A stretch of DNA of 63,975 nt, filler included, from Caldilineae bacterium (GTDB lineage Bacteria; Chloroflexota; Anaerolineae; DTLA01), in assembly GCA_037446815.1 (NCBI GenBank). It is 8 parts of 8 records of this genome, joined end to end, with 100 filler letters (N's around TTAATTAATTAA, not from the genome) between each part and the next. Parts side by side here need not be neighbours in the genome. Positions count along the whole stretch, not along the records: positions 1 to 8,695 come from JBBIHX010000129.1; 7 more parts are not named here. One strand, 5' to 3'. Position 1 is the stretch's first letter; the number at the start of each line of letters is the position of its first letter. The notes under the pieces were generated by a model that was given only the letters and a program-made list of their open reading frames with translations, did no database searches and had not been told where the DNA came from. The translations under genes were made by a program, and so were the position numbers. Positions 1-8,259 of the stretch are shown here, piece after piece.

Positions 1-1062
1 GAGGCGTACGAGCGCCTGAAGCAAACCCTGGGCATGGCGGGCGAGACGCGGTACATGAAGCGCAAGTCGCGCACGGTCCTGCTGGACGAGAGGATCGCCG
101 TTCGGCTCCACTCGGACACGCGCCCACTCTTGCCGGGCAGCCCCGATGGGTGGCAGGACATCTACTATCCCGACGGCTCGTTCAAGGACGAATGGGGCGT
201 CGTGTGGGCCAAGGCGGGCGAGGGGCACTACGCCCCCGTGGGCAATCCCCTGCGCGACGCGGACCTGGACGACCTGGCGCGGTACCCGTGGCCCGACCCC
301 CTGAACCCAGGCCGCACCCGTGGCCTGCGGGATGAGGCGCGGCGGCTCCATGAAGGGACAGACTACGCCGTCGTGTTGAGCCTGCCCGTGGGGTTCGTGC
401 ACCAAAGCCAGTATCTGCGCGGATACCAGGAATTTCTCATGGACCTCATCCTCAACCCCACCTTCATTGAGGCCCTCATGGACAGGACGCTGGAATTCTG
501 GCTGGCCATGGCGTCAGCGGTGTTGGATGAGGTCGGCCCCTATGTGGACGTGATTCAGTTCGGCGATGACGTGGCCTTCCAGGACAGGCCGATGCTAGAC
601 CCGCGACGGTACCGCCGCATGATCAAGACCCGCCACAAGCAGATGGTTGACCTGCTGAAGCGCAAGTCTAGGGCCAAGGTCCTGTACCATTGCTGCGGGG
701 CCGTTAGTACGCTGATTCCCGATTTCATAGACATCGGCGTGGACGCGCTCAACCCCGTCCAGGTGTCCGCGGCGGGCATGGACACCGCGCGCCTCAAGGC
801 TGAATTCGGCGACCACATCGCCTTCTGGGGCGCCATTGACACAAGCCGCGTGCTGCCCATGGGGTCGCCCGACGACGTGCGCGACGAGGTGAAGCGGCGC
901 ATCCAAGACCTGGGCGCGGGAGGCGGCTACATCGTCGCCTCCGTGCACAACATCCAAGACGACGTGCCGCCCGAGAACATCTTGGCCATGGCCGACGCGG
1001 CCCACGACTTCGGGCGCAGCGTCGCGCCGTCCGATGCGGCAAAGCCCCCTCGCCGCGACTGA
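1..1062 (+). CDS. Uroporphyrinogen decarboxylase (URO-D)/MtaA-CmuA methyltransferase family protein, 5' truncated
   Basis: Frame open from window start; motifs DEWGV, GDDVAFQ, YHCCG, GVDALNPVQ, FWGAID, HNIQDDVPPENI. Confidence 0.85.
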   Translation, partial: EAYERLKQTLGMAGETRYMKRKSRTVLLDERIAVRLHSDTRPLLPGSPDGWQDIYYPDGSFKDEWGVVWAKAGEGHYAPVGNPLRDADLDDLARYPWPDPLNPGRTRGLRDEARRLHEGTDYAVVLSLPVGFVHQSQYLRGYQEFLMDLILNPTFIEALMDRTLEFWLAMASAVLDEVGPYVDVIQFGDDVAFQDRPMLDPRRYRRMIKTRHKQMVDLLKRKSRAKVLYHCCGAVSTLIPDFIDIGVDALNPVQVSAAGMDTARLKAEFGDHIAFWGAIDTSRVLPMGSPDDVRDEVKRRIQDLGAGGGYIVASVHNIQDDVPPENILAMADAAHDFGRSVAPSDAAKPPRRD

Positions 1063-1080
1063 ATATGAGCCGAGGAGATC

Positions 1081-2352
1081 ATGCAACAAGCCTTCGCCTA
1101 TCCGGAAGAGATTCTCAACCGCGGGTTTGTCGTCGCGGTATACTACGCCGAGGTCAATCGGCAATCCGATGCACTGGAGGTAGCCCGATCCCTGGCGGTG
1201 GGGCAGAGCGTGGGGACATGGACGCCGGTTCCCGGAATCACGCCGGAGATGCTGGACAGGCACATGGCCCGCGTTGTAGCCGTGTACGACCTGCCGCCGG
1301 CGGAACTCTCTTCGGACCTGCCCGAGGGCAAGCGGCCGGTCATCATGCACATCGCCTTCCCGGAGGTCAACTTCGGCGCGCAATTCCCCATGCTCCTGAC
1401 CACGCTCCTGGGCAACGAGGCATCCACGTCCTCCCAGGCGAAACTGATTGACCTGCACTTGTCCCAGAGTTTCGCCGCTGGCTTTCAAGGCCCCCGATTC
1501 GGGATTGAGGGCCTGCGCCAGCGCCTGGGCGTCTTCGGTCGTCCCATCCTCCTGAACATGATCAAGCCCTGCACCGGCTTCGGCCCCGACGAGGGAGCCG
1601 CGCTATTCGCCGAGGCGGCGCGGGGCGGCGTGGACATCATCAAGGACGATGAACTGCTGGGCAACCCGTCGTTCAACGCGCTCGTCCGCCGCGTAGAAGC
1701 CTATCGGCGCGCCGCCGAGCGCGTCTTTGAGGAGACGGGCCACCGCGTCGCCTACTGCGCCAACATCACCGACCGCGTGGACAGACTCGTGGAGAACGCC
1801 CGCCGCGCGCAGGAGTTAGGCGCGGCCATGGTCATGGTCAACGCCGTCGCCGTGGGCTTGGGCGCGCTGCACATGCTTGCCGAAGACCCGGCGCTGAACA
1901 TCCCCATCCTGGCCCATTCGGCGGGCGCGGCAACGCTCACCGAGAACCCGCGTTCGGGCATCGCGTCGCCGCTCCTCCTGGGCAAGTTGGTGCGGCTCGC
2001 GGGCGCCGATGCGGGCATGTTCAACTCCATTTACACGCGCTACCCCTTCCTCTGCGAGCGATACCTGCGCATTGCCCACATGCACCGCATGCCGCTGTTC
2101 CATCTGAAGCCAACGTTGCCCACCATCGGCGGCGGCATCACGCCGGGCAATGCCGTGCGCATCGTTCAGGATTTGGGGCCAGATATCATGCTGGCCGTCG
2201 GCGGCGCGATACAGGGCCACCCCGACGGAGCCGCCGCCGGAGCACGCGCCATGCGGCAAGCCATAGACGCCGCCGTGCAAGGCGTTCCCCTTGCCGACAA
2301 GGCCGCCGAGCACCCCGAACTGAAACGCGCGTTGGAAGTCTGGGGGCAGTAG
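1081..2352 (+). CDS. RuBisCO-like protein (form IV)
   Basis: GQSVGTW, GPRFGI, NMIKPCTG, GGVDIIKDDELL, GGAIQGHPDG; RBS GAGGAG; several carboxylase residues substituted. Confidence 0.9.
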   Translation: MQQAFAYPEEILNRGFVVAVYYAEVNRQSDALEVARSLAVGQSVGTWTPVPGITPEMLDRHMARVVAVYDLPPAELSSDLPEGKRPVIMHIAFPEVNFGAQFPMLLTTLLGNEASTSSQAKLIDLHLSQSFAAGFQGPRFGIEGLRQRLGVFGRPILLNMIKPCTGFGPDEGAALFAEAARGGVDIIKDDELLGNPSFNALVRRVEAYRRAAERVFEETGHRVAYCANITDRVDRLVENARRAQELGAAMVMVNAVAVGLGALHMLAEDPALNIPILAHSAGAATLTENPRSGIASPLLLGKLVRLAGADAGMFNSIYTRYPFLCERYLRIAHMHRMPLFHLKPTLPTIGGGITPGNAVRIVQDLGPDIMLAVGGAIQGHPDGAAAGARAMRQAIDAAVQGVPLADKAAEHPELKRALEVWGQ

Positions 2353-2389
2353 CCCACGCCATGGGTATCTCACACGGGAGGAGCGCATC

Positions 2390-3046
2390 GTGCTGACCGA
2401 GTTTCACCGCCAAATCACGCGGGCCGCCCTGGCCCCCTACTTCACCGAGCCGGCGGTGGAGATCGCCATCCTCGCCAACGACGCCCAGGATGGATTCAAG
2501 GGGCAGGTGGGCCACGCCGAGTACCACGTGGACAACGCCATCGCCCCCGGGTACCGCTACCTGCAGGCACAGCAGGAGCAGGCCATACTGGCCTTGCGGC
2601 GCGGCGACTGCGAGCAGGGAATGCGCTGCCTCGGACGCGCTCTGCACACCGTGCAGGACTTTTACTCGCACACCACCTATGTGCGCGCATGGCTCCGCGA
2701 GAACGGCGGCCCGAACGCGACGCCCGCCGATATCCCGCCGCTTCTGGATTGGATGTCGCGCCCTGACCTCACCACGGGCCGCGCCGTCTTCGGCGAGTTG
2801 CTGACGTTTCTCCCGGGCATCGGCCCGTTCTTCGCCCGCGTTCTGCGCCTGCCCGCCGACAGCCACTTCGCGCAGAACCTGGACGGCCCCCATCGCGGCC
2901 CCGCATTCGCGTATGTCGTCGTCGCCGCGCAGAAGCATTCGGAGTGGCTCGCGCGCCACGTCTGGACGCAGGCGCAGGGCGCCTCGCCAGCCCGCCCCTG
3001 GTGCCTGCGCCCGCGCCACGACAGCGCTCCCGATCCCCGCGCATAG
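2390..3046 (+). CDS. HET-C/VWA7-like, Zn-dependent phospholipase C-fold hypothetical protein
   Basis: LHTVQDFYSH motif, N-terminal His, YHVDN; RBS GGAGGAG. Confidence 0.6.
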   Translation: MLTEFHRQITRAALAPYFTEPAVEIAILANDAQDGFKGQVGHAEYHVDNAIAPGYRYLQAQQEQAILALRRGDCEQGMRCLGRALHTVQDFYSHTTYVRAWLRENGGPNATPADIPPLLDWMSRPDLTTGRAVFGELLTFLPGIGPFFARVLRLPADSHFAQNLDGPHRGPAFAYVVVAAQKHSEWLARHVWTQAQGASPARPWCLRPRHDSAPDPRA

Positions 3047-3094
3047 GGAAGCGCCCTGGGCTATCCACGAAGAGCATGAATCCACGCGAATCGG

Positions 3095-3549
3095 GAGTTG
3101 GTTCCAAAGCCCGTTTGTCATTGCGAGGGCGCGGAGCGCCCGAAGCAATCTCCGAGGCGTGGGGTTGCTTCGCTTCGCTCGCAACGACACACGAGGAGAG
3201 TGCGCCTGCGGTTCACCAGCACAAGATGGAACCGAGTCGGGGCTCAGTTCCAAAGTCTGTTGGCATCTACCGTCATTCTGAGCGGCGAAGCCGCGAAGAA
3301 TCTCGCTGACCGAGATGCTTCGCCTTCGGCTCAGCATGACAGAGTGGGGAGGCAGCGCGCGGGACAGACCAACACAGTTTGGAACCGAGTCCGAATCGGG
3401 AGTCGGTTCCAAAGTCTGTTGGTAGTTGTCATTGCGAGGGCGCGGAGCGCCCGAAGCAATCTCCGAGGCGTGAGGTTGCTTCGCTTCGCTCGCAACGACA
3501 CACGAGGAGAGTGTACATGCGGTTCACCAACACAAGATGAAACCGTGTC
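3095..3549 (+). mobile_element. Tandem array of three MITE copies (3095-3238, 3241-3391, 3400-3549)
   Basis: Each is bounded by GAGTYGGTTCCA...TGRAACCGWGTC-like ends; 8-bp repeat CGAATCGG at 3087-3094 and 3392-3399, CGGATCGG at 3550-3557. Confidence 0.85.
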
Positions 3550-3564
3550 CGGATCGGCCCTCAT

Positions 3565-3593
3565 TTGGAGATTTCACCAATCGCGCGTATAAT
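3565..3593 (+). promoter_or_regulatory. Sigma70-type promoter TTGGAG-17-TATAAT
   Basis: Perfect -10 with 17-bp spacing. Confidence 0.65.
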
Positions 3594-3627
3594 AGGGTTG
3601 TAACTGGGTACTGAGGTTACTGTGAAG

Positions 3628-3660
3628 AAACCGCCTCGGATAGAGCCCGAGGCGGTTTTT
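3628..3660 (+). terminator. Intrinsic terminator hairpin in the leader upstream of the PAP2-like gene
   Basis: 12-bp stem AAACCGCCTCGG/CCGAGGCGGTTT ending in a T run. Confidence 0.75.
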
Positions 3661-3763
3661 GTGCGATTACGCCGTATTCACGCCGTCTTCGCACGAGATT
3701 CACGCCCAGAAACGCCAAGAGCGCGTATTCTTGCAGCAGGAGACGTGAGAGGTAACACAACGT

Positions 3764-4399
3764 ATGCAACAGATGGATTCGGCCCGCAACATGCCAGAGC
3801 CCGCGACCTGGAGTGCGTGGCTCGCCCGCCGCATCTCGGACATCTTCAGCCCGCCGGTCTTGTCGGGCACCCTGGCCCTGCTCCTCACGAAACTCGCCAC
3901 CCCCACCTGGATGGCCGCCGTAACCTGGAGTTCGCTCTACATCTTCCTGGCCGATCTGCTGCCGTTGGCCTATCTTGTGCGGCTGGTGCGCCAGGGGAAG
4001 GTCGGAGACCTACACGTCGCGATCCGTAGCCAGAGGCTTCGCCCGCTGTTAGTCATGCTAGCGTGCATGGCCATTGCGTTCGCTGCCGCGCTCTTCATGG
4101 GAGCGCCGCGCCCCCTCACGGTGTTCGTCGGCATCGCGTTCGTCCAGGGTGTGCTACTGACGGCGGTAACCGTGTTCTGGCAAATCAGTTTCCACGCAGC
4201 GGCGGCGTCAGCCATGGTCTGCGCCTTTGCCGTGGTGTATGGCGCCTTCGCCGCGCTGTTGCTTACCCCCGTACTGTTCGCCGTCGCCTGGGCGCGACTG
4301 CACCTGAGGCGACACACGTTTCGCCAAATCGTGGCCGGCGCCGCCCTCTCCGGGGTGCTGTACGGCCCGATCCTGGCGCGCGCGCTACTCACACCGTAA
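3764..4399 (+). CDS. PAP2-superfamily-like membrane protein
   Basis: About 6 hydrophobic segments; WQISFHA and WARLHLRRHT..Q..AG motifs. Confidence 0.7.
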   Translation: MQQMDSARNMPEPATWSAWLARRISDIFSPPVLSGTLALLLTKLATPTWMAAVTWSSLYIFLADLLPLAYLVRLVRQGKVGDLHVAIRSQRLRPLLVMLACMAIAFAAALFMGAPRPLTVFVGIAFVQGVLLTAVTVFWQISFHAAAASAMVCAFAVVYGAFAALLLTPVLFAVAWARLHLRRHTFRQIVAGAALSGVLYGPILARALLTP

Positions 4400-4417
4400 A
4401 GGAGGCTCGCACCAACC

Positions 4418-5161
4418 GTGACCCCGTTCTACACCGGCAAGGCCGACATTCACATCCACAGCAACCGCAGCGACGGCGCCGCAAGCGTCCGTGAAATCCT
4501 AGAGTATGTCCGCAGGCGCACCGACCTCAACGTGATCGCCATCGCCGACCACGACACCCTGTATGGCTCCCTCAAGGCGTGCGACATCGCCCACGAGTAT
4601 GGGCTGGAGGCCATCCCCGCGATAGAGGTAACTTCCAGACACGGGCACATCCTGGCGCTCTGGGTGCAGTATCCCATTCCGCCCGGTCTCCCCGCAGACG
4701 AGACCATCGCCCGCATCCATGAGCAGGGAGGTATCGCCATCGCTGCCCACGCCGTGGAGCCGTTCTCGGCTAGCCTGCTGGCGGTGCGCCCCCGCGTGAT
4801 CGCGCCGTGGCGCATGCAAGGGCTTGGGCTTGATGGCCTGGAGGTATTCAACGCGAGCATCACCGTGCCGCCGATAGAGTGGTTGGGGCACGTTGCGGCT
4901 CGCTTCCTCGGCGCAGCGGTTACCGGCGGAAGCGACGCCCACTACCTGGGTACCATCGGACGGGGCGTTACCCTGTTCCCCGGGCACAGCGCTGAGGACC
5001 TGAGGACTGCCCTACTGGAGCGACGCACCACGGCCGGAGGGGCCCGCTACGCGCTCCGACATTACGCCGGCCACGTGTGGCATCGCCGCATCAGCCACAC
5101 CCGCCTCGGGTTGTGGGCATCCGAGCGGCTGGCTCCTGCGTATGCGCGGGTGGCCCGCTAG
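4418..5161 (+). CDS. PHP-domain metal-dependent phosphoesterase
   Basis: DIHIHS..SDG, IADHD, GHIL, AAH, GGSDAH. Confidence 0.9.
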   Translation: MTPFYTGKADIHIHSNRSDGAASVREILEYVRRRTDLNVIAIADHDTLYGSLKACDIAHEYGLEAIPAIEVTSRHGHILALWVQYPIPPGLPADETIARIHEQGGIAIAAHAVEPFSASLLAVRPRVIAPWRMQGLGLDGLEVFNASITVPPIEWLGHVAARFLGAAVTGGSDAHYLGTIGRGVTLFPGHSAEDLRTALLERRTTAGGARYALRHYAGHVWHRRISHTRLGLWASERLAPAYARVAR

Positions 5162-5215
5162 CGCCACCCGTTGGCGCGGAGCCCCGCGAGACCGCGAAGC
5201 CCCGCGCACTACGGC

Positions 5216-5737
5216 CTACCGAACGGCGACGTACGCGATTCCGAAGATCGGCGCGAGCACAGCCATTAGAACCAGATACACGAGCCACCCGATGACAACC
5301 GTGATGACGGCCTTGCCCGTGTCAAATTCCATAGCCTCGCGAACCGCGATGAAGCCAGCCACCAGCGCAAGAATCGCTCCGGCCAACGCCGCCAACCACC
5401 CCACGCAGGGAATGAAGCCGAAGAATCCCAGCAGCCGCGGCGCGCTCGCGTAGCCCAGCACGCGGAGCATCTCCTCTACCGTCGTCTTGCCGCCGAAGAG
5501 CGACGTCCCGATGAAGTAAGTAACCACCGCCCACAGGAGCCAGCCAAGCACCAGCCCCGCGATCAACTCCCAGACCAGGTGCGAGAAGAACTGGCCGCGC
5601 AGGCCGGAGCCGATGCCCGAAAGCAGGCTCACCGCCACCACGATGATGCCCGCCTGGCTGGTGGCTGCAGGATCCTTCGCGATCTCCGAGAATACCGGCG
5701 CGTCCAGCCGCAACACCCGCATGATCCGTTCAACCAT
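5216..5737 (-). CDS. YIP1-family membrane protein
   Basis: About 5 TM segments, LRVLGYASAP motif; RBS AGGAGG favours the start at 5737. Confidence 0.75.
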   Translation of the reverse strand: MVERIMRVLRLDAPVFSEIAKDPAATSQAGIIVVAVSLLSGIGSGLRGQFFSHLVWELIAGLVLGWLLWAVVTYFIGTSLFGGKTTVEEMLRVLGYASAPRLLGFFGFIPCVGWLAALAGAILALVAGFIAVREAMEFDTGKAVITVVIGWLVYLVLMAVLAPIFGIAYVAVR

Positions 5738-5830
5738 GGTCCCCATCCTCCTTCTGCGAAGAGACTCGTTGATGCGCGTAAAGAACGACCTGCACAGCCT
5801 ACAACACTGCCAGTCCCGAAACGATGCGAA

Positions 5831-6376
5831 TCATCGTCGGCGGAGGAGCCAAATCGCCGCGAAGGCTGCGCCAAACGCCGCGCCGAAGATGGCGGCTGCC
5901 CGTGTGTCCAGCAGTGCCCGCACGTTGCCGCGAATCTCCTTGGCGAGCACTACGCCCGCGCGCACCTCCGACGCCTCAACCTGGCCCGCGGCGACGACGG
6001 CGGCCCCGCTCTGCTCCATCTCTATGCGATCCTGCGCCACGATTATCCGCGCTCCGCACGAGCGAAGCGAGACCTGATGCCCCAGGACGGCATTCACATT
6101 TGCGAGACTCACCTCGGCCTTGTCCGCGTCCAACATCCCGACGCTGCAGAAGCGCAGGTTCGCCGTTGTGGCGTTCTGTTCCAGCGCCGCCGTGATGGTG
6201 CCGGTCAGATTCTCGGCGCGCACCGACTGGGCGCTGCTCTGCACCATGCGGACATCCTGCCCGTTGACGCTGCGAGCAGTGCTCTGCGTAAGGTTCACCT
6301 GCTCCGCGCCTACATCGCCGAGGTTCCCCCGCCGAATGCTGATTGTCCCTGCAACGGTGTTCTCGGTGTCATCCAT
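5831..6376 (-). CDS. Hypothetical protein, probable beta-helical repeat region plus C-terminal membrane anchor
   Basis: RBS AGGAGG; coupled to upstream GHMP gene; repetitive V-x-A-x-x-V pattern; hydrophobic C-terminus ending LLRRR. Confidence 0.6.
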   Translation of the reverse strand: MDDTENTVAGTISIRRGNLGDVGAEQVNLTQSTARSVNGQDVRMVQSSAQSVRAENLTGTITAALEQNATTANLRFCSVGMLDADKAEVSLANVNAVLGHQVSLRSCGARIIVAQDRIEMEQSGAAVVAAGQVEASEVRAGVVLAKEIRGNVRALLDTRAAAIFGAAFGAAFAAIWLLRRR

Positions 6377-7349
6377 CGCTTTCCTCCTGTCCCAGCACAA
6401 CATCAAACGTCTGCGCGCCCATCTGCGTCCACACGTTCGCCAACTCCGACGGCTCCGGGTGAAGGGCCACGAGCGTGCCGTACTCCCCCACACCCACGGG
6501 CCGCACGCCCCATGCACCCGCATCCAGAGCCGCTTCGGCCAGTTCCTCGCTATCGGGATCAAACGACGTCAGATTGCTTTGGATAATGGCGTTCTCGTTC
6601 ATCAACCGCCCCAGGCGTTCCCAGTCGCCCTCAAGAACCGCCGTCTTCCCCTCATGCACCAGTCTGTCAATGATGCGGTAGGACTCCTGAACCCGCCGCT
6701 CCCCGGCCAGCCAGCGCTCGCGCAGGCCCAGCAACGCATCCCGCGCAGGCCGCCCGGCGCCCTTGTGCGCGACCACCAGCGGCAAAGCGCGCACGGGTGG
6801 GGCCAGGCGCTCCACTGTGGCATACACGCGGGTATTGGCGTTGGAATCATCCCGATGGCGGAAGTCCAGAAGGCACAGGCCGGGGAACACCGCCATGTAC
6901 GCCACCGCCAGCCCACTCACTTCCCCTAGCACGGCGTGCGACAGCGCATAGGCGCTCTCGGCCAGGTGATACGGGAGCGCGTCCTGGCCCTTCCAGGCCA
7001 GCAGGCCGCGAAGCAGCGCCACCAGCGTCGGGACAGCATCCCCCAATCCCCAGCCCCTGGGCATCGTGGAATATGCGATGCGCACGGGTTCCAGCCCCCA
7101 TTGCAGATACTGGGCGACCGCCCGCGCCACATCCCAATCGTCTCCCTGGAACTGCAAGTCGCCCGTCCATTTCACCAGGCGCTGCTGCGAGTTCGCCCAA
7201 ATCTCAAAGGCAGGGGACGGCGAAACCTCCACGGTTGCCTTCAGAGATAGGCTGCAGGCCAGGACCGCGCCGCCGAACAGGTCTCCCGGGTCGCCCAGAA
7301 TGCACAGGCTTGCCGGAACAGAAACCGATACGGTGTCGTGCGAAGACAT
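6369..7349 (-). CDS. GHMP kinase family protein (divergent)
   Basis: PRGWGLGD motif, LGRLMNEN, ALDAGAWG C-terminal GHMP pattern; minus-strand promoter TTGCGC-17-TACAAT at 7379-7407. Confidence 0.75.
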   Translation of the reverse strand: MSSHDTVSVSVPASLCILGDPGDLFGGAVLACSLSLKATVEVSPSPAFEIWANSQQRLVKWTGDLQFQGDDWDVARAVAQYLQWGLEPVRIAYSTMPRGWGLGDAVPTLVALLRGLLAWKGQDALPYHLAESAYALSHAVLGEVSGLAVAYMAVFPGLCLLDFRHRDDSNANTRVYATVERLAPPVRALPLVVAHKGAGRPARDALLGLRERWLAGERRVQESYRIIDRLVHEGKTAVLEGDWERLGRLMNENAIIQSNLTSFDPDSEELAEAALDAGAWGVRPVGVGEYGTLVALHPEPSELANVWTQMGAQTFDVVLGQEESDG

Positions 7350-7514
7350 GCACCTCTCCCCCCAAGCATACGGCCGCTATTGTACCGCATAGTGGCCACA
7401 TGCGCAAGCGCCAAAGGGGCCTGCCCGCGCCATGCCACGCCGGACCAGCCATCCACGGATCACGCGGCGAACACGGACCGGGCAAAGCAGAGCAAATTGG
7501 CAATTCCTCTACGA

Positions 7515-7679
7515 GATTCTTCGGCGCTTCGCGCCTCAGAATGACAGTCCCATTGTGTCATGCTGAGCCGAAGGCGATACGCCCTCGCCCTTCGGGAGAG
7601 GGCTGGGGTGAGGGGCGAGATTCTTCGCTCTCCGCCGCTCAGAATGACGGTACGTGCCAACAGACTTTGCAACCGACTC
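7515..7679 (-). repeat. REP-like cruciforms with a nested CCCTCACCCC hairpin, ending in a MITE terminal repeat
   Basis: GAGATTCTTC...CTCAGAATGAC and GTCATGCTGAG units; ends ...CCAACAGACTTTGCAACCGACTC. Confidence 0.75.
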
Positions 7680-7687
7680 CCCGCCAC

Positions 7688-7837
7688 GAGGCGGTTCCAA
7701 AGTCTGTTGGTGGCTGTCATTGCGAGGGCACGCAGTGCCCGAAGCAATCTCCGGGGCGTGGGATTGCTTCGCTTCGCTCGCAATGACACACGAGGAGAGT
7801 GCGCCTACGGTTCACCAACACAAGATGAAACCGACTC
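7688..7837 (+). mobile_element. 150-bp MITE
   Basis: Ends GAGGCGGTTCCA/TGAAACCGACTC; 8-bp duplication CCCGCCAC at 7680-7687 and 7838-7845. Confidence 0.9.
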
Positions 7838-7852
7838 CCCGCCACGAGGCGT

Positions 7853-7880
7853 TTGACACACCGTCGCAGTGCACTATACT
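7853..7880 (+). promoter_or_regulatory. Sigma70-type promoter TTGACA-16-TATACT
   Basis: Near-consensus hexamers upstream of the cytochrome c gene. Confidence 0.7.
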
Positions 7881-7939
7881 ACACTGCGAATGCACCTTGA
7901 CCGGTCGGATTTCTCTTGAAAGCCCTGTCGGAGGACACC

Positions 7940-8236
7940 ATGACCCCACAAACCATGCGAATCGCCCTCGGCCTTCTCGTGCTGATCCTAGCCCTGAGCG
8001 CCGTCGCGTGTGGCAACGCCCAGCAGCCCGCGCCCACGGCAGCGCAACCCGACGGCGCGTCCCTGCTCCAGGCGCGCTGCACAGCCTGCCACACCCTAGA
8101 CCGCGTGCAGCAGACAGCGCGCACGGCCGCCGAGTGGCAGACTATCGTTGCCCGCATGCGCGGCAAAGGCGCCCGCCTCACCGACGCGGAGGCGGAAGCG
8201 CTCGTGCAGCATCTCGCCCAGACCTTCGGCAAGTAG
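7940..8236 (+). CDS. Small monoheme cytochrome c lipoprotein
   Basis: Lipobox AVAC, CTACH, distal Met in ARMRGKGA; RBS GGAGG. Confidence 0.85.
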   Translation: MTPQTMRIALGLLVLILALSAVACGNAQQPAPTAAQPDGASLLQARCTACHTLDRVQQTARTAAEWQTIVARMRGKGARLTDAEAEALVQHLAQTFGK

Positions 8237-8259
8237 CCGCGCTTTCACGGAGGTGCAAA

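Noticed and set aside
1081..2352. CO2-fixing RuBisCO
   Set aside because: K177, R295, K334 and S379 equivalents are substituted; no small subunit or PRK nearby
3087..3557. Repeat-spacer-like array suggesting CRISPR
   Set aside because: Units are ~150 bp with TIRs and the spacers are identical 8-mers; no cas genes; explained as MITEs
3098..3592. Recurrent ORFs in repeats (VIARARSARSNLRGV, MRRTSEVRRT etc.)
   Set aside because: Translations of non-coding palindromic repeats, open in several frames and without RBS
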